The notes beneath the pieces were generated by a model. It made no database searches. It was not told the origin of the DNA and was given only the letters and a program-made list of their open reading frames with translations. Both the position numbers and the translations under genes were made by a program. Of a stretch of DNA of 64,000 bases, positions 21,661-34,644 are shown one piece after another. Source of the DNA: Squalus acanthias (Eukaryota); contig CM059432.1 of assembly GCA_030390025.1 (NCBI GenBank), positions 57,290,001 to 57,354,000 on the forward strand, given 5' to 3'. How positions within the stretch are numbered: the stretch's first letter is position 1; each line of letters begins with the position of its first letter.

Positions 21661-22742
21661 CTGTTTAGTACTCGGTTCTGAGTCATCCTTCTCCTGCTCT
21701 CAGCTGCCCAAACCCTTAAATTGTAGCAGGTTCATCAGTCAAACAGGACATTCAGATCGCAGTGATAAACCTGCGGCCTCAGTAAATCTGCAGTCCTGAT
21801 AAAGAAAGTCCAATCCTTCAGCTCAGTGATGTGTATTCAGATCACAATGGGCTAAACTTTCTTTGGTTCATTCAGATTGAGGGAATGGGGTTGCATCCTT
21901 GTTCTTTTTGTTACTGAGGAAACTTACTCATCTCTTCCCATTCCTTGATTAAAAAACATGAAATTCACTGAACAAGTTCTCTTTTTTAATTGGAGCAGTG
22001 ATCAACCTTACTATGTTTTCTCCTTGACTTTAAAAAGACAATCCTACAGTGCTGAACTTAATTGAATTAATGTTAAGAGAGAAAACTGCGTGAATTGGCA
22101 GTGGAAAAAAAATACACGGACCTGATCAATGGTCTAAGGGTAGGTGTGAAGTCAAAGCTTATTTTGGTGAGCACCTCTTAATAAATTCCACTTTAACCAC
22201 TGGTTTTCAGTCATGTACTTCTTTGTGTAGCTTCACTAGGTTTCCTATACCTAAATGCGTCTCTAGCTGAGGCAACAGATGTTGTGGATTTCTGCTCAGG
22301 CAAGCAGCCATATGCACAGGATTCATATGACTGACTACATCCATGTGACTTCCTGCTATGTCTTTGCATCTCTGCATCAGTACCAAGGCTCTCTTTGGTG
22401 GAATCACTGGGGGTTCAGTGCTTTCAAATGCTGTGCCTGCAGTCACCTGTGCAGGGCTACATGATGGCACAGAACTGCCACTGAAATAAGAGTCAAATGG
22501 TTGCTTTGTGTTTTTGGTACATGTCACTGCTGATCTCCACAAGGCCCCCCCGATCGCTCTGTGTATAGCAATGGACATCCGCGAGTTCCAGGAATATTTC
22601 CCTTGTGGTTCCCTCTGTTTGTCCTCCAAACATGTTTGCTTGAAACAACCTCACCACACTATGTTCCACTGATATCAATTGTATGGAGGCAAGTGATTGC
22701 TCAACACGATGCATATGTTCCAGCATCTTATGTCTAGACCTC

Positions 22743-22965
22743 AAGCTCTGGAATTCCCTCTCTAAACCTATCTGTCTCTACCTCTCCTCCTTTTTGACAC
22801 TCCTTAAAAGCTGCCTCTTTGACCAAGCTTTTGGTCATCTGTCCTAATACCTCCTTATGTGGCTCAGTGTCAATTTTTGTCTGATAAGGCTCCTGTGAAG
22901 CGCCTTGGGACTTTTTATTACATTAAAGGGACTATATAGATGCAAGTTGTTGTTGAAGTTGTTGT
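22743..22965 (+). mobile_element. L2-type LINE 3' tail
   Basis: CTCTGGAATTCCCT...GTGAAGCGCCTTGGGAC...(TTG)n, same family as 59357-59866. Confidence 0.7.
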
Positions 22966-23653
22966 TCTTATGTTTCAAAACTGGCCCTATAAGGTCTGTA
23001 TCCTGAGACAATGGAAAAGGATCAAGCAACCTGCAAGAGCTCTGCCCTGCACCTGCTTGTCTCTTATTATCCTGCACTTCTTCTGCTCTTTTATCACCAG
23101 CACGTTTTTTCTCATGCAGTGTTTCCTCAAACACAATACTATCTATATTTTATGAGGTGCTTTTGCCTGTGTTAGTGCTTGGTGCGAGTGTTGTTATTGC
23201 AGAAAGCGAAGGTCTGTTCCTGTGTTGATGGGGGCTGAAAACTAGTAGGTTCTCCTCACTATGTGAAGCGACCAGAGCAGACAAGTGCATAAACACACGT
23301 ATCCATTTGGATACTATATATGTACTATTTAAATACTTCTGCAGAAACATTCTGTATGGACACATTGACGTAAAATATGGAGCAAATCATAGAACATGGC
23401 ATATACCACTTGATTTATGAACTCCTCTCCAGTCCTCCTCCTTCAAAGGATCTCTGTCCTATTAATGCAAAACATCTCCTATCATAACTTGTTAATGATT
23501 TTTCCTCGGATCCTCCATCAATTGTTGTAGTACTTGATTTCCTAGCATGGGGAACTTTGATCTGTAATAGTAATAATTGTACGGCTTTAAGGCAGGGTGA
23601 ACTGAGTCTCTGAAATCCATGCATTTTCCAGGGTCAATGTAGAAAAAGGGATT

Positions 23654-24411
23654 GGGCCGGATTTTCCGATCCCTACGGGTGGGTACGCGCTGTGTACTCA
23701 CCCGTAGGGACATTGGAAATGCCGTTTTCAGGCGTGCACTGCGCATGCGCTGAAAACCGGCATTTCTGATCTGTCAAGAAAGATCTTGACAGATCCTCCG
23801 GCTGCCTGGGAGTAGGGCCTCTGCGGGCGGATAGTTCCACTTTTTGGAGACCCTCTGCCTGCAGAAAACCGTTACAATTCTTGCGCCTGGTAAAAGCAGG
23901 CATAAGGCCTACTTTTACCAGGATAAGAGTTGAAAAAAGGTTAAAAAAAAAAAATTTCACTGATTTATCATTAAAAAAATTTTTTAAAAAAGGTAAGTTT
24001 ATTTTTAGCCCCGTAAAAAACTTTAATTATATTTTTCAAAAATTTAAATTTTTGTTAAAAATAGTTAATTTATTGTAATTTCAAGTCATTTTAAAAATGT
24101 AATTTATTTTAAAAATGTATTTAAAGTTTTATTCTGTTTTGGAGGTGATCTCCATTCATATATTTGACAGGTCTTTCTGTCAAATGTATGAAGGGAGAGT
24201 CCCTTCAGTGATTGGCTCCCCATGGCCCACGTGATCCCAGGGACGCTGCGAACTACATGTGCCTCTGGGATATGTGGGCCCTGCGCGCCGGCAGTTTGGA
24301 GAGGCCCAGCACTGGAATTGTACACGTCCAGGGAGCCCTCAGGTAAGGGCGCAGATTTTTCCAGATCGCAGCCCTCGCCCGCGGGAGGCCTGCAATCGGA
24401 ATATCTGGGCC
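23654..24411. mobile_element. Harbinger-type MITE, family 2, copy 2
   Basis: TIR GGGCCGGATTTTCCGAT / ATCGGAATATCTGGGCC; homologous to 20855-21560. Confidence 0.8.
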
Positions 24412-24609
24412 AATATATTGAAGATGGATTCCATGGATAACTAGGGACTAGAAAAGTATTTAGTGTTTTCAGGGCAGATAATAAACATGAAAGCCATGAC
24501 AAATATAAAGAATATTGGAAAGCCTATAAAGGGAGATTTGGAAGGCAAAGAGAAGTATGAGAGAAAATTAGCAAAAACACATAAAGGACACTTAAAAAAA
24601 AGTTCTCAT

Positions 24610-24778
24610 TCCAGGGCTTGAGCACATAATCTAAGGTGAGACCTCTGTGCAGTATAGACAAAGCCTGCCTGTTCAAGTTGAAGTAAAATTTCTCGTGGCA
24701 TGATTTGAAGAAGAACAGGGAGTTTACCCAGTGCCCTGGCCAAAATTCACCCCTCAACCCACATCACCAAAACAGATT
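24610..24778 (+). mobile_element. Deu-domain SINE (SacSINE1/AmnSINE-like), 5' half
   Basis: GAAGAAGAACAGGGAGTT...CCTGGCCAA...CCCTCAACC...AAAACAGATT; continues at 32875. Confidence 0.65.
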
Positions 24779-25247
24779 GGTTCAGATTTTGCAGTAAAAA
24801 TAATAGTGAGGCTATCAGTGCTCACTGTTGTTATGGGGTAAATTGGACAGAAACTTCGGGCATCCGCACATGTACAGTTGAACAAGGAAATCCAGAAGTC
24901 GCTGTCAGACATACCCTGCTTTGCCACAGGGTTCGCTGTTACAGTCCTCGCCAATAGACTTGGCCTGAACTTAGGATACCTGCCTAATAGGTCCACACTA
25001 AAGATGGGTGAAAAATTTAGGGCTGGTGCATTCAGAAGTAAGTGAGTTTTTAACAGCGTGATAAGTGATAATTACAGCCAAACAACCTCTCTGGCCCTGA
25101 AAATTTAATTTTACAATTGTGGAATCTCATTCCCTCAGAAGAAAATGAGTGTTAGAGATATAAAAAAAATAAAAATTAAAATAACTTTTTCTTTAGTCTG
25201 TCTCTTTTATTTCTCTCTCTTAATCCCATCTGTATATCCCAATCTTT

Positions 25248-26753
25248 GGGGGCGATTTTCCCAGCCCTGAGGAGGCGGCTTTGGAGGTGGGACTGCCAGG
25301 AAAATGGCAGAATCTGGGAGCGGGTACCCATCCTGCCCCCAACCCGCCTCCTTGCCATCTGCCCAGGAGACGGGTACCTGACCCACGCCAGGGTCCCGTC
25401 TCCTTGAGGTGGGAAGGGGATTAGTGCCAATTAACTGCCTGCTAACAGGTAGTTAACAGGCAATTTTTTGGCTAATCCCTATTTTACCACCTAAGTTGTG
25501 GGCTTCCCGACGGCTCTGAACCTCGCCAGAGTCAGCGAGGTGAGCCGTGGGTCTGCGGGGGTCTGCGGGGCCGAAAAGTGCGCTGTGCAGGTGAGTGATG
25601 AGTGCAAGTGTGGAGAGGTAAGTGTGTGAGGTGACTTTAAAGTGTATTAATAAGATTACTTACTTTTGCTTCTTCCTTCAGGCTTCATCCCTTTAGGCTG
25701 CGGAGCTGCCTCATCTCACCTGCAGAGAAAGCAGAATAGCCGCTGCATTCTTAAATGCAGCAGCCTTCTGCTTTCCGCTCAGAAAGGCTTTCTAATTGAG
25801 TCTTGAGTAAAGGACTCAACTTAGAAGACAGATTGTCAGGGCTGGATTTTCATTGACTCGTGGAGGTGGGTTTGGAGGCGTGTGGGGGGTTAAAATTGCA
25901 AAAATTGGCGGGTGGGCACAAGCCCGCCTCCATCCCGCCTCCACGCAATTTTCATTAAATCGTGTCTGCTGGTCCCGACTCTGTCCCGCCTCTAAGAGGC
26001 GGGATAGGCTGTTAAGGCCCTTAACAAGCACTAAATTGCCTCTATAATGCCATTTTGAAAGGCCTTTGTGATTTTAACCCTTTTTCTACATGAAGCACGC
26101 CTGTTCTGAACCACGAATGTGAAACCTGGTGGGAGCACTGGCCGGCCAGCTGGCTGGCTGGCTGTGGGGATGTATATATGGATGGATGGGGAAGAGACAT
26201 ATCTGGGAGTGGTGGTGTAAAAATATCTGGGAGCAGACTTAGGGCTGCTGCTGCTCATTTTGCATCCAGGTCCTCTCACAGCAAAGGCCAGGCAGTCTCT
26301 GAAGACCTTCAATGCAGCAGCAATGATGACATCATCAGAGGTGACTTTCAGACTGAAAACACTAATTGGTTCATGGGTTCCCACATGCTGGAACTCAATT
26401 GCCCAATTAGGTGAAAATTGTATGAATCTCCCACATCCAATTGCAGTCGGGTGGATAACACAACCCCAACCCGCCCCAGTATCAAAATCTAGCCCTCAGT
26501 GTTTGACAGCTTCACAGAGCTGTCAAACGATGACAATTCATCTGTCAAAAATTTTTGACAGATGAAACGTCACTCGCTGACATTCTCTGTCACCGGCTTT
26601 CCCTTAATTGGCCTGCTAAGCCTGCTGGGCGGGCTTATCAAGGTCAATCAAGGTAAAATAGTGTGGGTTGACCGGACGTTGATGGAGGCGGGACTAAAAT
26701 CCGACAAGCAGCAGTCCCGCCTCCCTCACGTCCCCATTGGCAAAATCATCCCC
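25248..26753. mobile_element. Harbinger MITE family 1 with a nested MITE at 25839-26495
   Basis: Outer TIRs GGGGCGATTTT / AAAATCATCCCC. Inner TIRs GGGCTGGATTTT / AAAATCTAGCCC with TCA TSD. Confidence 0.8.
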
Positions 26754-26850
26754 TTAATTTCACTTTCTGTACATCATTCAAATCTAATTTAAAATTTCCT
26801 GCTTTGCACTTCCTGGTTTGGACTCTGTGGGCACAAAATTGGGATTCTTA

Positions 26851-29800
26851 GGGCTCGATTTTGCCTTTGAGGGCGGGCTGGGGCGTGTCAGGTGGTTTTC
26901 GTGTCAGGACCCCGACTCTGATGTGAAGTGGGAAAAAAGTGCGATTTTTCCTTAATTGGGCACTTGATTTCCAGCGTGTGGAAACCCCTGGCCCAATGAG
27001 TCTTTTCAAACAGAAAGTCGCCTCCGATGACGTCATCAATGCTGCTGGATTTAAGGCCTGCAAAGCCTTGCTTCTTCTGGAGACTTTAAACTTTATGCCC
27101 ATTGTTGTGATCGCTTCATTCAGCAACTATGTCCAGCAGTAGGCCAAAGTGTGCTCCAAGATTCGATGAGGCCTCCCTCCAAGCTCTGATGCAGGGAGCA
27201 AGATCAAATAAGGAGGTGCTCTTCCCTTCCTCAGGGAGGAAAAAGCCTCCCCAGCAGACTAAAGCTGTGTGGATGCAAGTCGCCCAGGAGGTCAACTCAA
27301 TCTCTATGTGCCGCAGAACCTGGCTGCAGTGCAGGAAGAGGTTTCATGACCTTCTCCGCACAGGAAAAGTGAGTATGACTTTCCCATCACCCTCAATCTG
27401 ATCCCCATCGCCTCTCCTCACCAGCACTCTGCTTTGCCAACATCTTCCTCCACATCCCACTTGACACTGACATCCCTGCACCCTTACCCATTCCCTCTCT
27501 CTCTATGGTCACATTCACTTAACTATTCGACCATGCAGCCCTCACGTTCCCTATCACTGTGATGCAATGACAACAACTTACAACACACAGGGAGGGCCCT
27601 TTGTCTCCTTCTAAGCATCTATGCTATGGATTCTCTACACTCACGCCTTCATTCTCACTCAAACTCCACTTGTGTCCATCATTGCAGGAAAAGAGAGCCC
27701 ACAATAAGAGGGAAAGAGCGAGGACAGGAGGAGGGCCACCCTCAGTAGCCCAGCTCACCACCTCGGAGGAGGCAGGCCCTGGAAATCGCCGGTGTCGAGG
27801 AAGATTCGCAAGTGGGGGACGGACAGACGGGCGCATCACAGCAAGCTGGTGACAGAATAGTTTGGCATCTCTCTCATTGACATTGCATGAATGACCGATA
27901 ATGATTCTGATGCTCTAACAGATTGACTAATGATCATCTGCACAATTCAACGTGCATGCAACCTTTACCTCACATCTCTAACTCTTTCCTTTACTCCCTC
28001 ACAGGACCATCGACAGCCCCCGTCCCCACTGTCCAGGAGGAACAACCTGAGCTTCAAGACTCCTCAGAGGAAGCTGCAACCTCTGAGGGCGTAGCGTCAG
28101 CAGAATTCAGTGCACCCAGCACCAGCGCAGACACTCACACCTCAGGTGGGACCTTCGCGAGATAGAGTAGTGTTGTCACCTGGTGTATCACAGCTCACAA
28201 GTGAGCATCAGCAGATGGTGGAGACAGGGACAGCAGTGGAGAGTCCTCGTCGGAGGGCGCAAGACTCTCCCAGCTCGGCTCAGCTGCACGTCGACCCTGT
28301 GCCTCCGGGTCCATCCAGAAGGAGAGCGGTGCTGGAACTCCAGGAACAGGTGCAGGAGTCTCTGGCAGGTTTTGTCTCCAGGGTCGCTGCGAGTGTGGAG
28401 CGAATGGAGGAGTCCATCGTGAATGTGAGCAGAGCCTTTGTTGAGGCATTGGCGCATGAACGCATCACCACGGAAAGGATGGCAAACTCCGTGGAAAGGA
28501 TGGCTATGGTAGAGGAGCGGATGGCTACGGCCATGGAGGAGCTAAGTCGCCAGAGTGTTGAAAACATGGTCATTGTTCAGAATAGACTTCCATCTCTTGA
28601 GGAGCGATGGTCAGCTATCGAGCATAGAAACCAGACCTTCATGGAAGTCCTCTGGAGTAGGACTTCCAGTGCAGAAACGGGTCTTCATGGCCCCCCTGAT
28701 GTGCAGCAAGGTGCTGTCAAGCCACTTGCTAGTTCTGAAGTGGGGCTGACCCATGAGAGGGATGTTGGTAGCAGACAGCAAGGAAGTGGGGGCTCCTCTC
28801 CAAGCGCTCACACAACCATGCCACAGCAAAGCCCTCGGTCAGAGCCCCACCAGAGTCCTCATCCAACTGAGATGGGCGTCTCATCCCCTGCACAGCCGCA
28901 GGAGCAGCAGACTGTTACCGAGCCCTCACAGGTTCGCAACCCCAGAGGACGGCCGCCAAAAGTGTCGAGACAGGAGCAGCAAGAAAGTGAGCAAGGGGCC
29001 TCCACATCTGCTGAAGCCACAGGGGAAGCACCACGTAGGAGCATGCGTAAGAGGAAGATAATGCACAAGTAGTCACAAGGGTAGTCACTTGGGTGTTATG
29101 TTGTGTTTATTTTTGAAATGCCATCAGTTGCTTGTTGTGACAAAAAAATTCTGATGGCAAACTGTTGAAGTTGTGGCCTGTGTCATTTCGCAAATGGGAC
29201 TTCCACATTGAGGGCTTAGAGCGACTTGCAATTGTCAGTATGGTGGTCAGAGTGACAGGAATCCGCAGGTTCTTGTCCATTGTCGATGCTCTGGTAAGAA
29301 GGTGCGAGGCAAAAGTGTTTGATTGTGCAGGCTAAGCAAATCTGGCCAACAGGAGTGCGTCCCTTGCATCCCGGGCAGGAATGTGGTCGCGCGCTGGCGC
29401 CTTCTGACCTGTGCAGCTTCAGGTGGGTGAGCAGCAGCTTGGCACTCCTGTTGTTGCTGTTGCTGCTGCTGTTGGTGCTGCTGTTGTTCATGGTTCTGCT
29501 GCTGCCACGGCTGGTCTTCGTCTGAATATGATGTCCAGGAGGAAAGGAAATAAATGGTTCCCATGCTTCTGCTATATACCTCAGTTGAGGAAGCTCAGTC
29601 AAGGTGGGGAGAGGGGTTTCCCAGGAGGTCACGCTGGAGATGGGTGTCAGGCTTCAAATTTCCACAACAATGAGTATGCCTGCTAAAAGTTCCCCCAGAC
29701 CTGAGACAACAAAGTTCTGCCACCTGCAAATGATCATTGGTGAAAACTCCTTTTTAATGGTGGAGCTGCAGCTGTTAGTAAGCAATCCACTTGTGAGGCC

Positions 29801-30091
29801 GCCAGGATTAACTGGCGTGTTCCAGAGGAGATGTGCAGGATGTGGGAAAAGTGTTAAAATCAGAAAGGCCTCTCAAAATGGGATTATAGAGGCAATTAAC
29901 TGGTTGTTAAGGGCCTTAAGGCCTATCCCGCCTCTTGGAGGCGGGATGGAAATGGGGTCTGAAACCCCGATTCTGGGAAAATTGCTCGGAGGCGGGATGA
30001 AGGCGGGATCTGAGCCGCCCGTCATTTTTTGCGATTTTAACACCTCACACGCCTCCAATCCCTCCTCCTTGGGCCTGGCAAAATCGAGCCT
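26851..30091. mobile_element. Non-autonomous Harbinger (Myb-like gene retained, transposase mostly deleted)
   Basis: TIR GGCTCGATTTTGCC at both ends; only a polyQ transposase N-terminal stub remains on the minus strand near 29300-29520. Confidence 0.85.
27129..29072 (+). pseudogene. Harbinger Myb/SANT-like DNA-binding protein, 3 exons (27129-27368, 27688-27848, 28005-29072), frameshifted
   Basis: APRF...W..VA.EVN...RTWLQCRKRFHDL and RTGGG motifs; GT-AG introns; basic tail PRRSMRKRK. Confidence 0.82.
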
Positions 30092-30583
30092 TCAGTGTTC
30101 ATTTTTTGGGTGCTATGGGTACCCTTAGAGCTCCAAAATGGCGTCTGCAGAGCACGCACACTTGTGAGGTGAATCGCGGTGGACACCATATTGGTGAGGG
30201 CGTTAGCGTGCGTGCAGTGAACGTCTGCCGGAACTACGCAGAGCAGGCAGATCATGATGTCAATCAGCGTGCAACACTGATTTGACACCAGCGATGCCAT
30301 TTTGGAGCACAACACTCCAGCTAACGCTCTCTCTTAACCTCGCACAGCTGAACATGTTTTCTGCAGCAGGCTGGACCCCCCACCAGTGCTATTTAAAGGG
30401 ATCATCAACTATTTACAGGTTAGTTGTTGGTTGATTTCTTCTGGATGTTGGTACGCTTCTTCAACTGTTTGGCGCTTTCTATAGTTGTTTTAAATTGCAA
30501 AATTCTACAGGGAGTGGTGTGATACGTGCTGAAGGACTTTTTGCTGACTTCAAGGCTTCTGCAGAAACCAGTTGCTCCCAGAC

Positions 30584-31471
30584 ATGGGTGAACGAGGAGG
30601 AATTCTCCTTGGAATACAGCATGACTTGGAGAATGAACAGAGACCACGCAGAGCAGGACAAGCTGCTAGAAGAGGGAAGAGCAGGAGGGGGAGAAGGGCT
30701 CTCAGCAGGAAATCATATTCACCCAGGGTGTTCAGGGAGCAATCCTCCTAGCTGAACCTCAGCGACAAACAATGTGTGAGGCGTCTGCGCTTCAGTAAGT
30801 ATGTTCTCACTGAAATCTGCCACCTGCTGCAGCCACAACTGCAACCCCAGAGCAGGGCAAGGACCGCATTGCCAGTGGCTTTGAAGGTGACCATTGCAAT
30901 GAACTTCTTTGCGTCGAGCTCCTTCCAGGCTGGAGCTGGAGATATTTGCCACATCTCGCAGTTTGCCATCCAGTGTTGCATAAGGGATGTCACTGAGGCT
31001 CTTTATTCAAAGAGAGCTACCAACATTTCATTCTCTCTTGCCAAAAACAAGCAGGTGGAGCGAGCACGCGGCTTCGCTAGGATTGCAGGCTTCCACATGG
31101 TGCCTGGTGCCATTGACTGCATGCACGTCGTTTTGTGGGCGCCGCATGTCTGCTCTGCCATATATCGGAACTGAAAGGGATTCCGCTCCCTTAACATCCA
31201 GCTGGTGTGCGACCATAGGCAGCAAATCATGCAGGTCAATGTCCGGTATCCTGGCAGCAGTCACAATGCCTTCATTCTGCGACAGTCCGCTGTGCCAGCT
31301 GCATTTCAGCCACCACGGCAAACCAAAGGGTGGCTACTGGGCAACAAGGGCAGATGACATGGTTCATGACTCTGGCGTGCAACCCATGCACATGTGCACA
31401 GCATGCATACAATGAAAGCTATGCTGCCACATGAAATGTGATAGAGCAGATCATGGGCATGCTGAAACAAT
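30584..31471 (+). pseudogene. Harbinger DDE transposase remnant
   Basis: LRFSK, ALPVALKVTIAMNFFASSSFQ, GAIDCMHV, YPGSSHNA; stops; cut by another MITE near 31472. Confidence 0.85.
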
Positions 31472-32874
31472 GTGGGGAATTTTAACCTAAAAAATGGGTG
31501 GGTTGGTGGCGTGGGGATAGTTAAAGTGTTAAAAATCAGAATCCAGATCTGAACCCACCTCCAACCTGTGCACTTCCAGTTTTAACGGAGGCGGGACAGT
31601 GGCGGGCAACCAACCCACTGCCAGGAGGCGGGCCATCTATTTAAATATTATAATTTGGCTGGAATCCTCTTCTTTAACATCCATTTTGTGTTTAACTGTA
31701 GCTGATCGGGTTTTTCACACCTCGTAAAACTCGCCAGCTACAACAAGACGAGGACTGCTGCATGCAGTAGTAAGTGCCTTTACACCTACCTCCTGGTCCC
31801 CTGCCTAACCCAGCCCCCGCGATGGGAGACCGCCCCAGGCCTCCGATCACCCCCCCAGGCCTCCGATCACCCCCCCAAGCCTCTGACCCCCCCCCCCCCC
31901 CAGGCCATGATTACACCCACAGGCCACCAATTCTTCCCAACTTCTGATCCCTCCATGAAGCCTCCCCCCCCCCCGCCAGTCCTCTGACACCTCCAAGAGG
32001 CCTCCCCCTAGGCCTCTGATGCTGGAAGCTGGCAGTGTGTGCAAGCCGTGAGATATGGGTGTGAGGCTTGCATCAGTGTGAAGGTGAGGTGAAGCTATAT
32101 ATGTTAGGTATGAGTCCTGATTGATAGAGATTGTTGGTAGGTGAGTGCTGGGGGTGTGGTGCATTGAGGGGTGTCTGAGGCTTGTGGTGCAGATGGTAGG
32201 ATATGCCATTTGAAGATGCATTCACTGACCTTGACCACTTGTGTGAGGTAATTGAACTTCTTACAGAATTCCATCCAGGTCCTCGGGGCTTGTGTCCTGG
32301 CATTGACCTCCACGGCTATCTGCTCCCATTACCTTTTAAGCATTTGTCTGGAGAGCCACCTGGCCCCCTGCGGATACAACACATCTCTCCTCCTTGCCAC
32401 CTCCTCCAGTGCAGTGTCCAAAAGCCTTGGAGCCTGCTCTCTCCCAGGCTGTGCCATTCTTCACTGTTCCCAGGTCAGATTCACTTCCTGAATGACTGCC
32501 AACACCTGCACAATGCACCTCACTTTTAAGAGGTGCAGGCTAGCTTACTACACAAAGTTGGATTGCTGCCTGCATTGCAATCAACAGGCACGGGTTAATT
32601 GACCATCCTGATCCCGCACCTGTTTTTGGGGGCTATCCAATTTAGCCCCCTGTGTGTCTCATGAGGATTCTTCAACCTTATTGGTTGAAAAGCCTTGCTG
32701 TTTCTTTTTCCTGCTCACAGACACCACAGATCTCCTGTAAGGGTCACCGTACTGGATCAAACACTGGAGTTGAGCAAGTCTGCATTCAAAAGCTCCATGA
32801 AAATTTTGTAGGCAGCTGTCAGAGAGGTGAACGGCGAGCACTGTTCCTTCACCACTGTCTGCAAAATCCGGGCC

Positions 32875-33060
32875 ATCATCTGGGCATTGATTTCATTTGC
32901 TGTATGTGGGATCTTGCTGTGCACAAACTGACTGCCATATTTGCCTACAAAACAACAGTGACTACACATCAAAAGTTAATTTATTGGTACTGAAACAACT
33001 TGGGATCACCCAAGAATGTGAAAGGCATTACATCAATGCAGGTTTATTCTTTCTTACTTT
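32875..33060 (+). mobile_element. Deu-domain SINE, 3' half
   Basis: GTGGGATCTTGCTGTGCACAAA...ACAGTGACTACAC...GTGAAAGGC...(TTTC) tail. Confidence 0.65.
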
Positions 33061-33819
33061 TATTCAGCAAATTAGCAGCCAGAGGATTGTCCAGCAATGG
33101 GTAGAGATGAGAGAGGCAAGCTTATGATGGAGAGTGAGAGAATGACAGAGATACTAAATAATTACTTTGCCTCAGTTTTTCACAGAGAAGGTGAATATCA
33201 GGATTGTAGAATTACTAGAGGTTAAGGTACAAGACAAAATGTATCAGCATGGATAGAGGGTTGGTTGATGGAAAGAAAATGAAGAGCTAGGATAAGTGGG
33301 TATTGCTAGAATTGGAGAAGGATTGGAAGTGATGTGCCTCAGGAGTCAGTACTGGGTCCAAATTTGTTCTCTTTCTCTCGATATACATCATATATATATA
33401 TATATATAGAGATCAAGAAAAAAAATTCTTTAAACAGACCAACCAGATGGTGCTGAAGGAGAGATTGTGAAATGCCATCAGTGATGGTGATGGTAATGCA
33501 AGCAATCTTCTGGTGTATAGCTCGACTGAAATATTTTTTTATGATGGTTTGATTATTCTGATGGGAGTTTGAAGATTAAGTTGATGTCCAGGCTGAAAGC
33601 AGTGGCTTTGTACTTAGTGAAAGACAAGATTATTTCTGTCTTCAAATCTCTGTTAGGGTGAGAGGAAAAGAGAGATTGATAAACATACAGAGACAAAGGG
33701 AGAGAATGTTGTACAGTGTGGGAATCATGCAGAAAGAAAGGGAGAAAAGTATTTAAGGAGACAGTGAAAAATGAGTGAGAGACACAGAGAGAGCGAGGGG
33801 GAAAGAAGGAGGATACAAA

Positions 33820-33969
33820 GGGGATCATTTAAATTTTTATTGCTGGGTAAAAAATGGGTGATAGCGAATTGGCTGCCCATTTTACATCCTGCCTGATTCT
33901 TATTTCAAACAGGCAGCTGTTTCGCTATCAATCATTTTTTGTCTGGCGATAAAAGTTAAAATTACCCCC
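33820..33969. mobile_element. Short fold-back MITE
   Basis: About 50-bp imperfect inverted arms ending in AAAATTACCCC. Confidence 0.6.
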
Positions 33970-34644
33970 AAAGAGTGGAAGACAAACAGAAAGGCAAGAA
34001 TTAGAATCTGTAACATCAGGGGAGATCAACAAGTCTACTTTCACAAAAAAAATCAGAAACAGAACTCATCTTGAAATGTGAAATCAGCATGATGCAGAGC
34101 CAATCTTCAGCTTGTGTTGCTACTCCCCAGATTGCAGCAGGAACTGCCATGACTAATGGCTCAGTGACAGCTAGTGATTAGATCACTGCTGAATCAATAG
34201 AAATGCTTTGATTGGTTACCACATTGCAAAACTCTTGACATATTCACTTAAATATTCATTTCGATTTTCAGATGTTTCTGCATGCCTAGTATTTGTTCAA
34301 GCTTTGGTGTGATTCCCAGTTTTGGATGTATTTCTTCATTTCCTTAAAAAAGCACAATTATTCTAAGAAGCTTTCTAAAATAATGACAATAACAAACTTC
34401 AAGGCAAACAGATATGAGGGTTCCTGTCACGTAAGAGATCATTTTACATTATTTCAGCTAAGAGTTGAAAACAGATTAAGTTATCAAGATAGACAAAAAT
34501 ATTTCAACATGCTTTTTGCAGACATCAAATCCTATTATTATTATTTAAATTTTCCTTGAGTCTCCTAATTATTAATTAAGGAAGTAATTTAATAATCCTG
34601 GCCAATTAAATGATGTGGACAATTTTGTGTCGTACTGACACCCT

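Larger units (their letters stand above)
24779..32874 (+). mobile_element. Decayed Harbinger transposon hosting several nested Harbinger elements
   Basis: Imperfect TIRs GGTTCAGATTTTGCA / TGCAAAATCCGGGCC; ATT/ATC flanks; splits the Deu-SINE; contains transposase (+) and Myb-like (-) remnants. Confidence 0.7.

Noticed and set aside
33381..33410. (TA)n tract, and the GA-rich stretches at 33660-33820 and 51830-51990
   Set aside because: Ordinary simple and low-complexity repeats.
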